DNA of 64,000 nucleotides, from NCBI GenBank assembly GCA_013265495.1, contig MU058221.1, forward strand, positions 930,001-994,000. The letters run 5' to 3'. The notes below the pieces were generated by a model. That model was not told where the DNA came from, did not search any database, and saw only the letters and a program-made list of their open reading frames with translations. Numbering within the stretch: position 1 is the first letter of the stretch; the number at the start of each line of letters is the position of its first letter. The position numbers were made by a program, and so were the translations under genes. This DNA comes from Vicugna vicugna. Taxonomy: Eukaryota. Shown here in pieces: positions 12,201 to 25,334 of the stretch.

Positions 12201-14619
12201 ACACGGCGCGGAGAGCCACACGGTGCTCCGGGCCGTCTCTGGCTTTACGCAGACCTGGGAGCACTGGTTCTGAGCGCAGAAGCCTGGAAGTCTTCGCCTC
12301 CCCTCCCAGGTCCCTTCTGGCCCTCCTCCTGGCTCAGCGTCTGTGCTCGCAAGGGCCTCTGTGCGCTCAGACTCCCGGGATGCGACGTCCACGGCACCAG
12401 GGAGACCGCGAAGGGCCGACTCCATCCTCCTCCCTGTGTTCCCTGGACCCGCACGAGGGCTCAGCTCTCAGTCACTGAGGACACGGCAGGAAACGCCTGT
12501 CAAACGGACCCATCCTGAGATTCTAGCTTACAAGTGCCGAGTACAGCATGTTACCTACGTTTGCCATGTTTGTGCTGAAACTGGACATTAGTTCGACCCT
12601 CACTTAGGAGGGCAGGACCGTGCCCCACGGGTACATTGAGGGGGATTTTTTAGGGAGCACAGAAACTGTCCTTCCACGCCCAACTTTAGTTGCTTTCTTA
12701 AAAGGAAGGACAGAGAAAGAGCGAGGAGGGAAAGAGGTTGCTTTGATTCCTGCCCAAGCATTTACATCTGGGGAAAGTGGTGAGCCTGGCCAGGGCGACG
12801 GCTAAAGACCGCAGAATCGGCCGCGGCGAGGGGAGCAAGCAGGGGTTTCCCTCTGAAAGCAGAGGCGCAGGGAACCCACAGCCCACACAGAGGCGTCTTT
12901 ATTTCACAGAAGGCCGCTAATAAACTCCTCACACAGAAGCCTGTTTGAGGGAGAAAGAGGGAATGTGTCAGGGGGCAGGAAAAAAAAATCCTACAAAGAA
13001 GTCAAGCTGAAATTTAGTACCAGGGAGCTCACGGACTGAAAAAAATAAGCTTGCTGCTAACAGTCAAGTCACTGCCAAGAAATAAATGGGAGTCAGTGCC
13101 AGGTTAACACACAAATCAAAATTTTGCAATTATGCAAACGAGAAGGCCCGAGACTTTCTCTCATTTCCATCTGATTCCAGAATAAAGGCCCTAATTTTGA
13201 TGAGTATATAAAAAGATTTTAAGAAAGTGAGATGATGAATTGTAGCAAACTAAAGATACCAATCTCACTCTGGAAAAGGAGGATGATTAAAGATTTTATG
13301 TATATATATCTCATATATATTTAAAACACGCAGATGAATGCATTTATAGCAATAAATGCATTCAGTATTTAATTTATGCATAGTCAAGGGCAACTTCCTT
13401 TTTCTCTGGCACTTAACACACTTTCTGACATTTTTAACACTACTCTTTATAAGGCTGACACGGTCATCTCCATTTTAAAGTGGTGATTAGTTTACTATTA
13501 CAGTTGAGTTAAAGAAAGATCTCTTATTTATAGAAGTGCAGTTAATCGCAGTGAGTTTACGTTCCTGGAAAGGTAGGACAACACACCGCTTTGAAAGTCA
13601 CGAGTGGGTCAGATAGGATAAGAAATGAATCTCTCAGGGTCAGTTTGTTCCCAAGCTCTGTTAGGTGTGGTTCGCTGGGACTGACGTGACCTGCTGCGGG
13701 GAAGCAAGGGCGTACGTCTAAGCTGTAGGCAGAGGCGTTTTAAAAGCGCGTGCCCTCACTCAAGCGAGCTGTGCACACCCATCGCGATCATGTGTCCCGC
13801 AGCTCGGTAGAACGTTCCGCTCCATCTTGTCCAGCTCTTCCCTGAAGAACTGAGGATTAGGAGCCATTTATCCTGGTTTTCGGCGGGTGAGGAAGCAGAT
13901 GGGTGGATGTAAGGATTTTGGAAGGCACAAGTGGACGCCAGATGTGTTGAAAATTACATAAAGCAGAAACCAAATGGCACAAAGCAAACATCTGAAAGCA
14001 TGTGATATTTTTGGAAGAGGAGATGTGAGAATGTTTTCCTAGAATAACTAAATGCTCACCCACAGCAAGACATTCGCTTTGCTGTCCAATCAGGGCAGAA
14101 AGAAGAGGAACGTGAGTCCGCTGAACAAGGGTTGGATGGACACAGAGAACGCTGCATCAAGCCAGGGACGAATGCTGATGCCCTAATCACAGCCTTTGGT
14201 GTTACGGATGAACAGAACGTAAGAATGCAGCTCAGGATCACTGGGGGAGCCCTGGTCCGAGTGAACAGTTCATCTGCTGTTTTATGATACGTGTGTCCTG
14301 AGGTTTTGCCTTTGTAATTATCGACCACGACATTGCACTCCGGTGCTTTAAGATAGAACCCGCTATTTTTTTAAACGTACAGCTTTCATTTTTCTTTTAG
14401 ATTATATGAACAAGGACACAACCGGATCATGCCAATTGCTTCTGGGATTATGGGGAACTTTGTGGGCTCTGTTAGTGCCAACAAAACAGGAATGGACACT
14501 GATTAAGACCACAAATTGCCCAGTAGCAGAACGTGCAGAACTCAGTCTGAGCACCTCGCATTCTTCTGTTTTTGTTTTTCTTTTACTTTCATGAACAGTC
14601 ATGCCAAAGGGATTCCTCT

Positions 14620-14923
14620 CCCTTCTTTTTATGTGCTGAGGTGCAGTCAGTTTGCCATGCTGTGTCAGCCCCTGGTGCACAGCACAGTTTTCCAGTCACA
14701 CATGGACACACATATATTCACTTTTCCCCCGTGCGCTACCGCAAGATCTTGCGTACATTTCCCTGTGCTGCGCAGGTGAACTTGTTTATCTGTTTTGTAC
14801 CTACCAGTAAGGATCTGCAGATCTCAAACTCCCCGTCTGTCCCTCCCCATCCCCCTCCCTCCGTGGCAACCACAAGTCTGTATTCTGTGTCTGTGAGCCT
14901 GTTTCTGTTTCATATTTAAGTTC
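14620..14923 (-). mobile_element. Camelid-type L1 3' end
   Basis: The reverse complement aligns by eye with the copy at 8137-8622 (AGCACAGGGAA, TTTGAGAT, ACAGAAACAG.CTCACAGACA). Confidence 0.8.
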
Positions 14924-14930
14924 AAGAGAT

Positions 14931-15042
14931 TTAGGGGGTATTAATTAGGTTTATTTATTTGTTTATACGGAGGTGCTGGGGATTGAACCCGGGACCCCGT
15001 GGGTGCTGAGCACACGCTCCCCCCCGGGCTGTACCCTCCCCC
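14931..15042 (-). mobile_element. tRNA-derived SINE, Vic-1-like (camelid)
   Basis: The minus strand reads GGGGGAGGGTACAGCCC...GGGTTCAATCCCCAGCACCTCC...AAATAAATAAACCTAATTA. Pol III B box at 14980-14989. Confidence 0.85.
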
Positions 15043-15149
15043 GGCACCTTGCATCCTTACTGCCAGGTGGCCCCTTGGCTTTACCTATTCTCCTACATCG
15101 CTGTTTCCTGTTACAGGACCTTTTCCCTCACCTCACACAACCGCCAAGG

Positions 15150-17000
15150 GCTCGACACTTCCACTGTGTCTCAGATCTGCACCTGAAACTTGGCAGACAG
15201 CAAAACAAAACAACAAAACGTTCCTGGTTGCCCCCACCCCAAGCCACCCTTCATACCGCTCCCCCGGCTCCTTGACAGCAGTTCCAGCCTCCCGGTGCTC
15301 AGAGAGCCGTCACGGAGGTACCGCGAGCGCTGCTTTTCCTAGACGTTGTGCGCCATCAGAGAAGGCTATTGACTCTACTTTCCTGTTATCCAAAATCCGA
15401 CCCCTCCTGACCGTCTGAGCGCAGAGGGTCGTCGCTCAGCCAAACCGCCGGAACGAGCTCTGGCCCTGCCGCCGTCTCCTCAGTGTGTTGTTGGTCCTTT
15501 TTATCCGCTGTCCGCAAAAACCAGCACGATCCACGTATGTCACATTACGCCACTCATGTCCTCAAGGCCCTTGGACTGTCCGTAGGTCTCTGTAATGCCG
15601 CACACGACCTGCCCCCTTTGCCACCTCTCTGACCCCGTCTTCCCCACAGCCCCCGTCCCCTCCGCGTCAGCACCCAGGACTGGCCGCTTCTCAAACCAAA
15701 GGATGGTGACGACTCCTCAGGTCACCTGCACTTGCTGCTCTTTGCCTGGAAGCCAATTCTGACACCTGTCCCCATGGCACCCCCCTGACTTTCTTGGACT
15801 CTTTGCTCAAACGCCAGCTGGTCACAGATGTCTTTGCTGACTAGACACGTGCACACACACAGCCCCACCAGCAGCCACATTCTCTTTCCCCTTTACCTGA
15901 TTTCTTTTTCTCCACTTCCTATGATCTGGTATGTTTTAGACACCCGCATATTGTCTGTCTTCATTTTGGGCAAATTCCGTATTTGCAAATTTGTGCACTC
16001 GCTTAAGGTCCTTTGTAAACAAAAGCCTACTCCTCGAGGTGGCGTTTGCAAAGTTGTCTGCAGGCAGGTGCAGAGCTGTGAAAAATGTGCCCCAGGGCCA
16101 CATGCTCATCTGAGGCCGAACTGTCTGGCTTCTTGTTTTAAGTCTCATACGATAAACAAGTGTCCTTTTTTCAGTATATTTTGTGCCATGCTTTTCCCGT
16201 TTTTCATGTTTCTGTGAGTGATTTCTCTGTTTAAAATGGCCCCAAGTGTAGTGCTGAAGTGCTGTCTCGGGTTCCTAAATGCAAGAAAGCTAGGCTGTGT
16301 CTTACAGAAAAAAAAAAAAAAAGTGTGTGTTGGATGAGCCTCGTTCAGGCGTGAGTCACTGGGCTGCTGGCTGCAAGCTCAGTGTCAGTGAATCAACAGC
16401 ATATATTATACAAGGTGTCTTTAAACAGAAACTCGTAAAACAAGGGTATGTATTGCTCCGTCTACAAAAGATCTTGTGATCAGAGGCTCACAGGAACCTA
16501 CCCTGCCTTTCCCCTAGGAGCAATGGCTTACCATGTGTTAACTCAGTGTTCGTGGCAACATCATAAGACACAACTACTGTGAATAATGAGATCGGACTAT
16601 ATTTGTTCTTTTTTATTGTCGCCCTCTTCCTTATAATGCAGGCGACTCCGAAAAAGCAAGGCCTTGTGTATTTTCCAAACTAGTGTATCTCCCGTGCTGA
16701 CATCTGTGCCTGGGATGGAGCTGGTGCTCAGTTGTCACAGTGTGTTAGTACAGCATTTAATCTCCCCAACAGTGCAGTATTGCAGAGGCCAATATACCCA
16801 TCTGACACCTAAAACATCTTACAACAGGGAGGTGAGTCACTTACTTAAGGTGCAAAGATATGACAACAGAAAGTGTATTTGGGTTCCTAACCACCTCAGT
16901 ATTGCTCAGGGTGAAGCTGGTGAAAAACTGTTTGGTTAAAGAATGAAATGAAGTGAAACGAAATGAAAGAAATGAAGGAGTGATTTAAATGAATGAATTA
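15150..17000 (+). mobile_element. L2 fragment interrupted by MER82
   Basis: L2 motifs TGCACTTGCTGCTCTTTGCCTGGAA, CTTTGCTCAAACG and GTGCCTGG...GGTGCTCA, with a (TGAA)-like tail near 16940-17000. Confidence 0.6.
15950..16599. mobile_element. MER82 (TcMar-Tigger non-autonomous element), near full length
   Basis: TGTTTAAAATGGCCCCAAGTGTAGTGCTGAAGTGCTGTCT, GGTGTCTTTAAACAGAAAC and CCCCTAGGAGCAATGG match recalled MER82. Confidence 0.85.
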
Positions 17001-19659
17001 AAGGACAGGTGCATTTCAGGTGTGTCTAATTCTGAACTGAATTTATCATCTTTTGGTTACAGGCAAGCCCACGTTACTTGTTATTCAACTAACTGTGATT
17101 TGAAAATTTATTATTATCCATAAATTAAAATAATAAATGGATAAAGGCAGTGATTAAACCAGAAATCAGCGTAGAGTGGACAGTTTGAGGATACACAGTC
17201 GGAAATTACGGACTCCGTAATTTTTTTCCTTCTCTGTAGACGCACACACACAGACTCATATACACGTCGCATCCGTCTTCATTATCAAGTCACTAAGCCT
17301 TTGAGATTTTGCCCTGTTATTTACAAGTAAATTTATCTTCCCCACCCACTTTTCTGGATTGTTGAAGGAATCAAGAAAGATAATGAATGTAAAAAAGCAA
17401 TTTGGAAATTGCTACATGTTATGAAATATTATTAAAATCATGAATAATCATTTAACAATATGAATCATTCATCTAACTTTGAAAAAAAGTATTTATCAAG
17501 GGATGCTTAAAGAGGTAGTTTAGGATAAATATGCTTATTAAAAAAAAAAAAAAAACGGGTGAAAACAAAGACGAGCAGGTGAATTAACATCACTCAGACA
17601 CAGAGCCTGCTCTCCCTCAGGGCTAATGGGGCTGATTCCATGCACAGCGCGCACCTGATGGCTCTATTAGCCTTTGTTTTTTTCTTTCGAGAAATGAGTG
17701 GGACTGAAGTACGAGTAAAATCAAATAAAGAAAAAAACATTGACCTGATTGCAGCTTGACAACTGTGACACAGAGCGTCTTCTACTCGCAGACTTGACGC
17801 TTTCGTTTTTGCCTTTTTCGCCTCTGGAGGACTCCTGCGCTGTCACTTTGACTTACTTGCTTCTTGGGGGAGTAAGAACTGATGGTTGACTATAATTTGT
17901 GTTGATTTTCAATAAAGTTACTGCCAGGGGTGTTTAAGCCCGAACATCTGCCTGACGGCGTCTCTGGCAGCCGTGTATGTGACGCTAATGAAGAAAGGAC
18001 AGAGATTTCTTTCCATTGTGCACCTTCCCTTCTTTCCTCAGCAGGTTGAATTCTAAGCCCTGCAACAGCCCAAGCTCGCTTTTATGTCATTCTTACGAAG
18101 AACCATTCACTCCATTAGTCCCGGCAATTGGGAAAGTGTGCATCGTCCCTTCCCTTGCTCAGAATGCCAGCCAGGTGAGTCTGCCTGCCGCGCCTTTGTT
18201 TTGTTATCAGCCCTCATTGGTGTTACGCTGAAACACAAATGAGGTCGTCATGTCTGGATCAGTGATAGAGGAAAAAAAATCAACCATGGAATTGACACTT
18301 CAAGTGTTTATGTGTGTGTGTTCAGATAAAAAATTTGTTACAGTGGTTTAAAAAAGGGCATGTGTGAAAGGATGCGCTAACAGAGGAAGGGAAGGAGGGA
18401 GGAGGCCGGGAGGAAGTGGAAAAGAAAGAGCAAAAGGGAGTGGCAGCAGCTGAAAGATAGAGCAAAAGAAGATATTGAGTGGATTCTGAATTATTTGCCT
18501 GGGGCTGCAGGCATTTGTTTATATAGGTTAGATTATTTTTATAAATTGTCAGCCCCTTTGTTGGGTTTTATTGACTTAATCATATGCGTGGTTTTCTGAT
18601 AGAACCAAACTGCCAATTCTTACAAGAACCATCATCTAAATACAGTCACAGAGGCCCATTCCAGTGGGAACTTCTCAGCAGGAGGGACCATCTACAACAA
18701 TGCCAAAACGAAGGTTGGAACACAATCGATATGATAGTTAAATTCGATTTAAACCAAAAGTGTCAAAATTAAATCAAGACAATAAAATGTGCAAAAGTCA
18801 AATAAATGTTAGATTGGTACCAAATTGGTAAAAGAAGATTATAAGCCCCTAGTTTGCTTCTGTTGACTGTATATTTGACATATATTGACTTATTTCAATC
18901 CAATATCTTTGTGATCAAGGGTCGCGATGAGCTGTTTTTTGCAGTTGTAGCAATAAACACCTTTCATCCGATTATGTTGTGTGTAACCATCAGCAGTTCT
19001 TTTGTATTGCACTCAATAAAAGGATAAAGGCATCATATGATAAATTTTTCCAATAGTCAACACGTACCTCTGTGATATGAGCACAGTTAAGGGTTTCACG
19101 AGATCATTGTTGACAGCTGGGCTGTGTCACAGCGTGAAAACCTAAAACTGCTCATCCACTGGTTTCTGAAAGTCCAAATTCCATTTTGTGAAGCAAGTTT
19201 AAACTTGGGGAAAGGAAGGGTTTAGTACATTGCAAATGACTTATTGTGTGAAACACAGACATACTGGACATGAAGAAAACATTTATGAGCAACAGAGATG
19301 TACCTGGATGGGAAAAATTTTCTTCTAAGATACGTAAAAGAAGGAAAAATTATTATTTCCCTGAAACACCAAGTGTGTTTTGCAGAGAAAACGTCTCCAA
19401 TTCACACCTATATAAAAGCCCGAGAGGTATTGTTTTTACAACTCCGTCCATTCATACGAAAGGGTTTTAGCTTAATTTAGGGGGGCACATTAATCCTGCT
19501 TAAAAATTCAAAGTTTCACATTTGTGCGGGTAGCCTGCATCATTTCATAGCCCCTTGGAGATACATAATGAAAAATATCTAAATTACTTTTCACAAATAT
19601 ATCATCTATTTTGAACCAAAACATAGTATTTTATTTAATGAATATAGAGTAACCTCACT

Positions 19660-20110
19660 TTTTTTACCTTTTTGAAGATTTTCTTCCTACAGACAAGGCA
19701 AAGATGAATGAACACCTACTTCTTTAAGCCAGTTTCTCAGATATGTAGAGGTTAAATAATATCCGATATGCATGTTATAAAGTCTTTCGATACCTATTTT
19801 AAAATAATCTTCTAGAAAGGTTTACCCGTTCTCCATCAACACTAATGCTTAATAATTTTTTAAACATTTACTAATCTGAAAAGGAAAAATAGGTAATTAA
19901 TTATTAGTGTAGCTGTCATGTCTTTGATTTATGTGTGAATTTGGGCCTTTCTTCATATATGGGCACTTTACAGTTCTTCTTTCTCCAATGGTTCATATCC
20001 TTTGCCCGTTTTAATATAAGGTATATGACATTCTATCTTTGATTAATTTGTAGGCTTACCTTTCCTGGTTAATAAAAGCATTTCTTTTTTAATTCTAGTG
20101 TTCTATTTCT
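19660..20110 (-). mobile_element. Ancient L1 (L1M/L1ME-type) fragment
   Basis: T-rich; TTCATATCCTTTGCCCGTTTT is a typical antisense L1 ORF2 3' motif. Confidence 0.5.
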
Positions 20111-21455
20111 TATCTCTTCCTGCATGATTTTGTTCATGGCTTTACAGCACACAAAATTAAACTTTTATATATCCTTGATCCATACTGACCTTTCCTAACA
20201 CAGACACATTAGAAAATTTAATGAAGGCAGTAGAGGCTTTTCTCAGGGTAAAGAGCTCAGTGGAATCTTTTTTCATGCGAAAAGGTGCCCAGAGGGCGTG
20301 GCTTGTTCATGTGAAAAGAAAAGAGTAATGACAGGCCTGAGCTCCTGGTGGGCGGATGCGAAAGGAGACCCCCCTCCTTGCTGCCCTGTCTGTGCCGCCA
20401 GCAACACCCTTCTCGCAGCCCCCCTGCCTAGATACCCTCCTTCACACTCACTGCTTCTTTGTGATGCTCTCATTTATTTCCATACGTCAATTTATTCAGA
20501 ATGCGATTGCTATTGTTGTAAGATATGACTCAATTACCTCATTTTTTAAAATAGTTGACCGTTATCCCAGCTCCATTGTGCTAATATGCCACTTTCTCGC
20601 TGAGAAGTACTTGGTGGATGTGTGTGAGACTCATAAACCTATTTCTTTTCACATAAGTTTTGAACTTTCCCAACTGTGGAGGTGGGGTGGTTTAATGTTT
20701 TTCTCAGCTTTGGACGTATCAAACTTGTAGAAATATAAATAAGATGATCAAGAAATGGGATAATGTCATTGATAGGGTTTATTTTAGAGCTACTATTGAG
20801 TGATCTACAGTAACAAAAGCTGTACCATTTTTATGTGCTTGGAGAGCGTTTACAAAATTTAATCATATTCTGAATAAAATTAAACAAAAAAATTCAAAAC
20901 CAGTAAATATATAGATCAAATTATTTGGCAATAATGCAATAAAAGCCATGAATTGAATTTAGTAGTTAAAAAAACCCCCAGAAATACCAAAGTAAGCAAA
21001 ACGTATTCTCTTTAACAGCCCTGATATCAAAAAGAAAGCTGAAGCATCATTTAGAAATTCTTTACAGTAAAATGAAAAGACAGAATGTATGAATTTTATT
21101 AAGGCTTTAATCAAACCCCAGTTTATTCTGGAAAAATTCTATAATGCTAAATAATGCAATCAAAATAATGCTGCAATAGAACATTTAATGACATGGAACA
21201 ATTGTCACACTAAAGCCAGTTACAAACATTTTTTAAATAAATGACCCAATCTTTTAAAAACGTATGTAAATAATTTACTATAATATATTTTACAAGAAAA
21301 ATAAGTGAATCATGGTTTTCTTTAAGGGCTAATAGTGCAGATTATTTTCTTTCTTCTCTCTTAGGTGCACGCTATTAACTTCTCTTGCAAAAATGTTACT
21401 TTAAAAAGAAGTAAAAATAAATGCATATATATATGAAAAATTAATTCTGAAGGAA

Positions 21456-21478
21456 TGTGTGTGTGTGTGTGTGTGTGT
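21456..21478. repeat. (TG)n microsatellite
   Basis: Direct reading. Confidence 0.95.
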
Positions 21479-21959
21479 ATGGTTTTTATCACATTAAATA
21501 CGGTAAAAGGATGACACATGTTAACCTCTGTTGTGGTCATTTACTGGGCTTTCTAATGTGTTTCTCCAGAGACCTTGGAAAAGAGCGGAAGGATAAGAGA
21601 GGGCAAGAGAGACAGAAAGAATGTCGACCACATGATGAGGCCATTAGCAACGTGTACAGTTCAAGAAGCCTGCTGGGAACTCAGGAAAACAAAAAATCAA
21701 GAGCCACCAAAGAAAATAAAAGTAGCTCCTGAGATGCATCTGAAATATTCTTAGAGATATAATGGCTGGCACATCTACGACAAAAGCAACCAATTTCTGA
21801 AAACGAGCGAAAAAAACACAACTCTCTCACCCTAACTAAAGGAAGTCCTAAGCGGGAATCTGTAGAGTTAAAACGTTATTTCAAACCCTTGCATAAGTAC
21901 CAGTGGAATAGTACAGTCTCATTATCTTTCTTTTATAAAATGATTTATTTTGAGACACA

Positions 21960-22140
21960 CGTCCGTGCCACACAGTGTTCGAAATGTATGCATGTTTCCA
22001 CACTCTTCCAACAGCCCCGTGAGGCGGCTGTTGTTAACTGAATCTTAGGACTGGGGGCGCCAGGCTCACAGATGTGACATCCACTACATTCCTCAAGGTA
22101 ACACGAATTCTAAATTGCAAGACGAATTCGATTAAACCCA
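21960..22140 (-). mobile_element. MIR fragment
   Basis: CAACAGCCCCGTGAGG...AGGCTCACAGATGTGA...CTCAAGGTAACAC resembles antisense MIR. Confidence 0.55.
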
Positions 22141-22230
22141 TTTGGGATACCCTCACAAACCACTGCTCTCCCTGTTATTGCTTGTTTGCCCCTAAACACT
22201 CATCTTGCTTCCATTTTCTTTTCAACTTGC

Positions 22231-22824
22231 TGTTAGAGCAGGCAGGTAGCTAGATATGAGCAGAGAAAGGGGGACATGGGCAAATGGCAGAAAACCATAC
22301 ATCTTGTGAACAATGGGGGTCCTTGGCAGACCAAGAAAACCAGGGTCCTCTGGAGTGATTAAAAAAAACTACACCTTCTGGTCTGGTAAGTGTCCTGGAG
22401 GCAGAAGGGTGGGACAGGACTGGAATCCCCACCATCCGAATGTAGCCTTTTGCTTATGGTACCCCCAACTGAATGCAACCTTTTGTTCATTATGACCTCA
22501 TCCAACTTCCTGATCAAGACTAAATAAGGAAGAAAAATCCCTCTTCCCCACCTGGGAAGGCGGAGCTGGGATGGAGGGCAAGAAGATGACCCCACACCCC
22601 TGTGCACCAATGAACATTCTGTCCATTCAACTTCACAGTCATATAACGCGCTTGCCAAGGACACTCGCGGCAGCTACCCACCTGGGTCTGCCCGCTCTTC
22701 CCTTGAGAGAGAGCCACCCATCCCTTACTAAATCCTCGCTTTGCTTTCTTAACCTCTGCGTCTCGTCTCTGAATTCCTTCTGCAGCAAGACGAGAACCTC
22801 TCGCCCCAATATTACACACTAACA
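22231..22824 (+). mobile_element. Solo ERV LTR
   Basis: Inverted termini TGTTAG...CTAACA, then CCAAT (~22607), TATA-like CATATAA (~22640), poly(A)-like ACTAAA (~22727) and U5-like TCTCTGAATTCCTTCTGCAGCAAGACGAGAACC. Confidence 0.82.
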
Positions 22825-25334
22825 AAGTTGGTCAGAACTTGTATGGAGGTGAAGGAAACACGCACCTTCAAACTTCACTCGTAGAAAGTACTCTTGGTTT
22901 TTATTGTTAGTTGAAAATGCAACTTATGATAGGAACGTTATTGTTTAAGTGCAAATGTATCTTCACACCTATGCACATCAAGACAGCTCAGCTGTTGGAA
23001 TTTTCAAGATGAAGTGCTGTAACCATTACCCAGGTCTTCCTCCGGTCTCTCCTTTAAATAATTAGGTTTCGGGTAAGTTATTTACAAAACTGTTTACATC
23101 TAAACATATAATGTCCTGTATCAGCAGTGAGCATTTTTAATTTTTAATTTTTTTTTGGATTCCTTCAGAAGAGAATTTTTGGTTCTACAAGCATTTAATT
23201 CAGGATTGAGCAACTTTTCAGACTTTCCACAAAAGCCAACTGATTGGGAGGTATTTGTCCCCACACAGACACTGGCGTGTATACACTAATTCTTTTCCCG
23301 GAAAACAATCTGAGCTTCTAAGATATTTAATTAGAGACAATGAACTTCTCTTGTTCACGCCATTTCAAAGGCACTTACATCTAAACACCTGTAAGCAGTC
23401 TCTGATGTGAAGACGTTGTCGGCTGTAATTGTCACATAGGAGGTTACAATTTTTATCTTTTCTAAAAATTAAAAAAAAACAAAGGGCTAGTCTTAATCAG
23501 TCTCCCACAGTGAACAATTTTTATGTAATTCAGTGTTTATTTTTATGTAAGAACTTTTCTGTCTCTTAAGTGATTTTGTTTCCTTGTTGACTTTTTCATG
23601 AGTGTCAACGTCTGAGTTTTATATTTTTTAGTATGAAAGTAAATGTGGGAATCTTTTATGGGCTCTAATGCCCATTATACAAGCATATAGGAAGGGAGAT
23701 ACTCCAGAAATGAGTATTTTTCTGTTAACACAATACATCTGATTAAAAAAAAAAAAGTCAAATGGGCCAGTTTGGAAAAGCTCTGGAAGCTTCAGAAAGC
23801 AAGCTGTCAGTTTCCTGGAGAGTGTGCACCATGGCAGGATACTAACATCCGCAGACTCATGAACAAAGAGGAGCAGCGGGGAGGTGACGCTGGCTGCGGC
23901 GGGGCTGTGACCCGCAGGAAGCACGCAGGGCGTCACTGCCTCTAAGTCATCAGGAGCCACAGCGGGTCTCAGGGCTCGAGGAGGAGCCCTGCCAGTCCTC
24001 ACGCCCTTCCCTGACCCCTGTCTCTCTCGTGCCCAGGGGTCCCCAGGCCCTTCAGAGGACCTTCATCTTCTCACAAAGGCTGCAGGCCACCTGGTGTCTG
24101 TGTAACGCGGAAACAGGGAAAGCTGCATGTCTAGGAAACAAAACGTGTTTCAAATAATACTTTCCAGGTGACCCGGGGTTTTCCCATCTCGGATCTCACT
24201 TCCCCTTGTCCCGGTTTAATCTGGCACGTAATGGTGGTGCCACCACCCCCGAAGGGAGCGGCCTGCACATCCCAGAGCCGGAGCTCCCCGCCAGGGCAGA
24301 CGGCGATGGAATTTGGTCTGAAAGAGAGACGGGGTCGGCCTCAGCCCACGCTCTTCCCCGTAAACGGCGCTGCCTCTGAGGATCGACCTCAGCGAACCCT
24401 GCCCGTCCATGAAGCTGACGTCCATGGATGTCACTCTGCAGAGGAAATGAGCGAGGGCGAAGGCCCCGGAAGAGAGCAGAGCCTCTGCGAAGGTTCTCCA
24501 GCGCTGCTGCCCGGCGGCAGGTCATTTGCAGGTAGTTCAGAAGGTATCTGCTCTTCCTGAGAGATGCTTTGTGCTCATCTTGGTCCTGTGTTCCCAACAG
24601 ACAGCGTGGTCCTCCTATTTTAATACGTTAACAACTGCAAACGCAAAGAACAGAGAACGCAGACCACGGAACGTTAACAGCCACCTCGCCGGGCTTGCCG
24701 TCCGGCTTCTCAGCGGACCCGTGTTCGGTCCACCATCGTGAAGTCAAGCAGGCCCAAGCAAATCAACTCGTACATCATTTCAGTTCCTAGAGAGAGCTCT
24801 TCCTGCCTGCCCCGGACTGCCAGGCCAGCATGAATAAACCAGGCCAGTTAGGCAACGCCTGCAGCCGGGGGGAGGCGGAGACAGTGCGGGCCCAGAAGCT
24901 CACAATTTACAAGGAAATAACCCGCGTGAGTCACTCAGCATCACTCCCCACACTCTGAAACTCAAAACTTGCTCCACCTGGCTGTTTTGGGGGGGGGGTG
25001 TGTTTGTAAGAGACACAGAGATAGCGAGACAGAGACAGACCACAAGAGCCCTTTGCACAGACTTTTCTCTCTCTCTTCTTTCCCTTCACAGTCCAGCTCT
25101 ACATCCAAATGCAACATAGGGTCACTAAATCCCCAAACACATCTAACGCCACCGCATCTGACCCAGCCTAGAATCGATGTAGGATGTTGTTGACAGGAGC
25201 CACGTGGAAATACTCTCTGCCTAGAGAATCTGACTCTCCCATGAAGAGCGTCCATTCATTACCTCCTCGTTGGCACCTTTTAGGGGAAAGCAGAGTGGAT
25301 GTTTACGGACGTCCCTGAACACATCCCCTGCGAT

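Noticed and set aside
11850..12425. 191-aa minus-strand ORF
   Set aside because: Non-ATG start, GC-rich context, no homology recognised, and it does not resemble the long-isoform terminal exon of LRRTM4.
14970..15042. tRNA gene
   Set aside because: It has a B box but a degenerate A box and a SINE-type AT-rich tail; it is a SINE.
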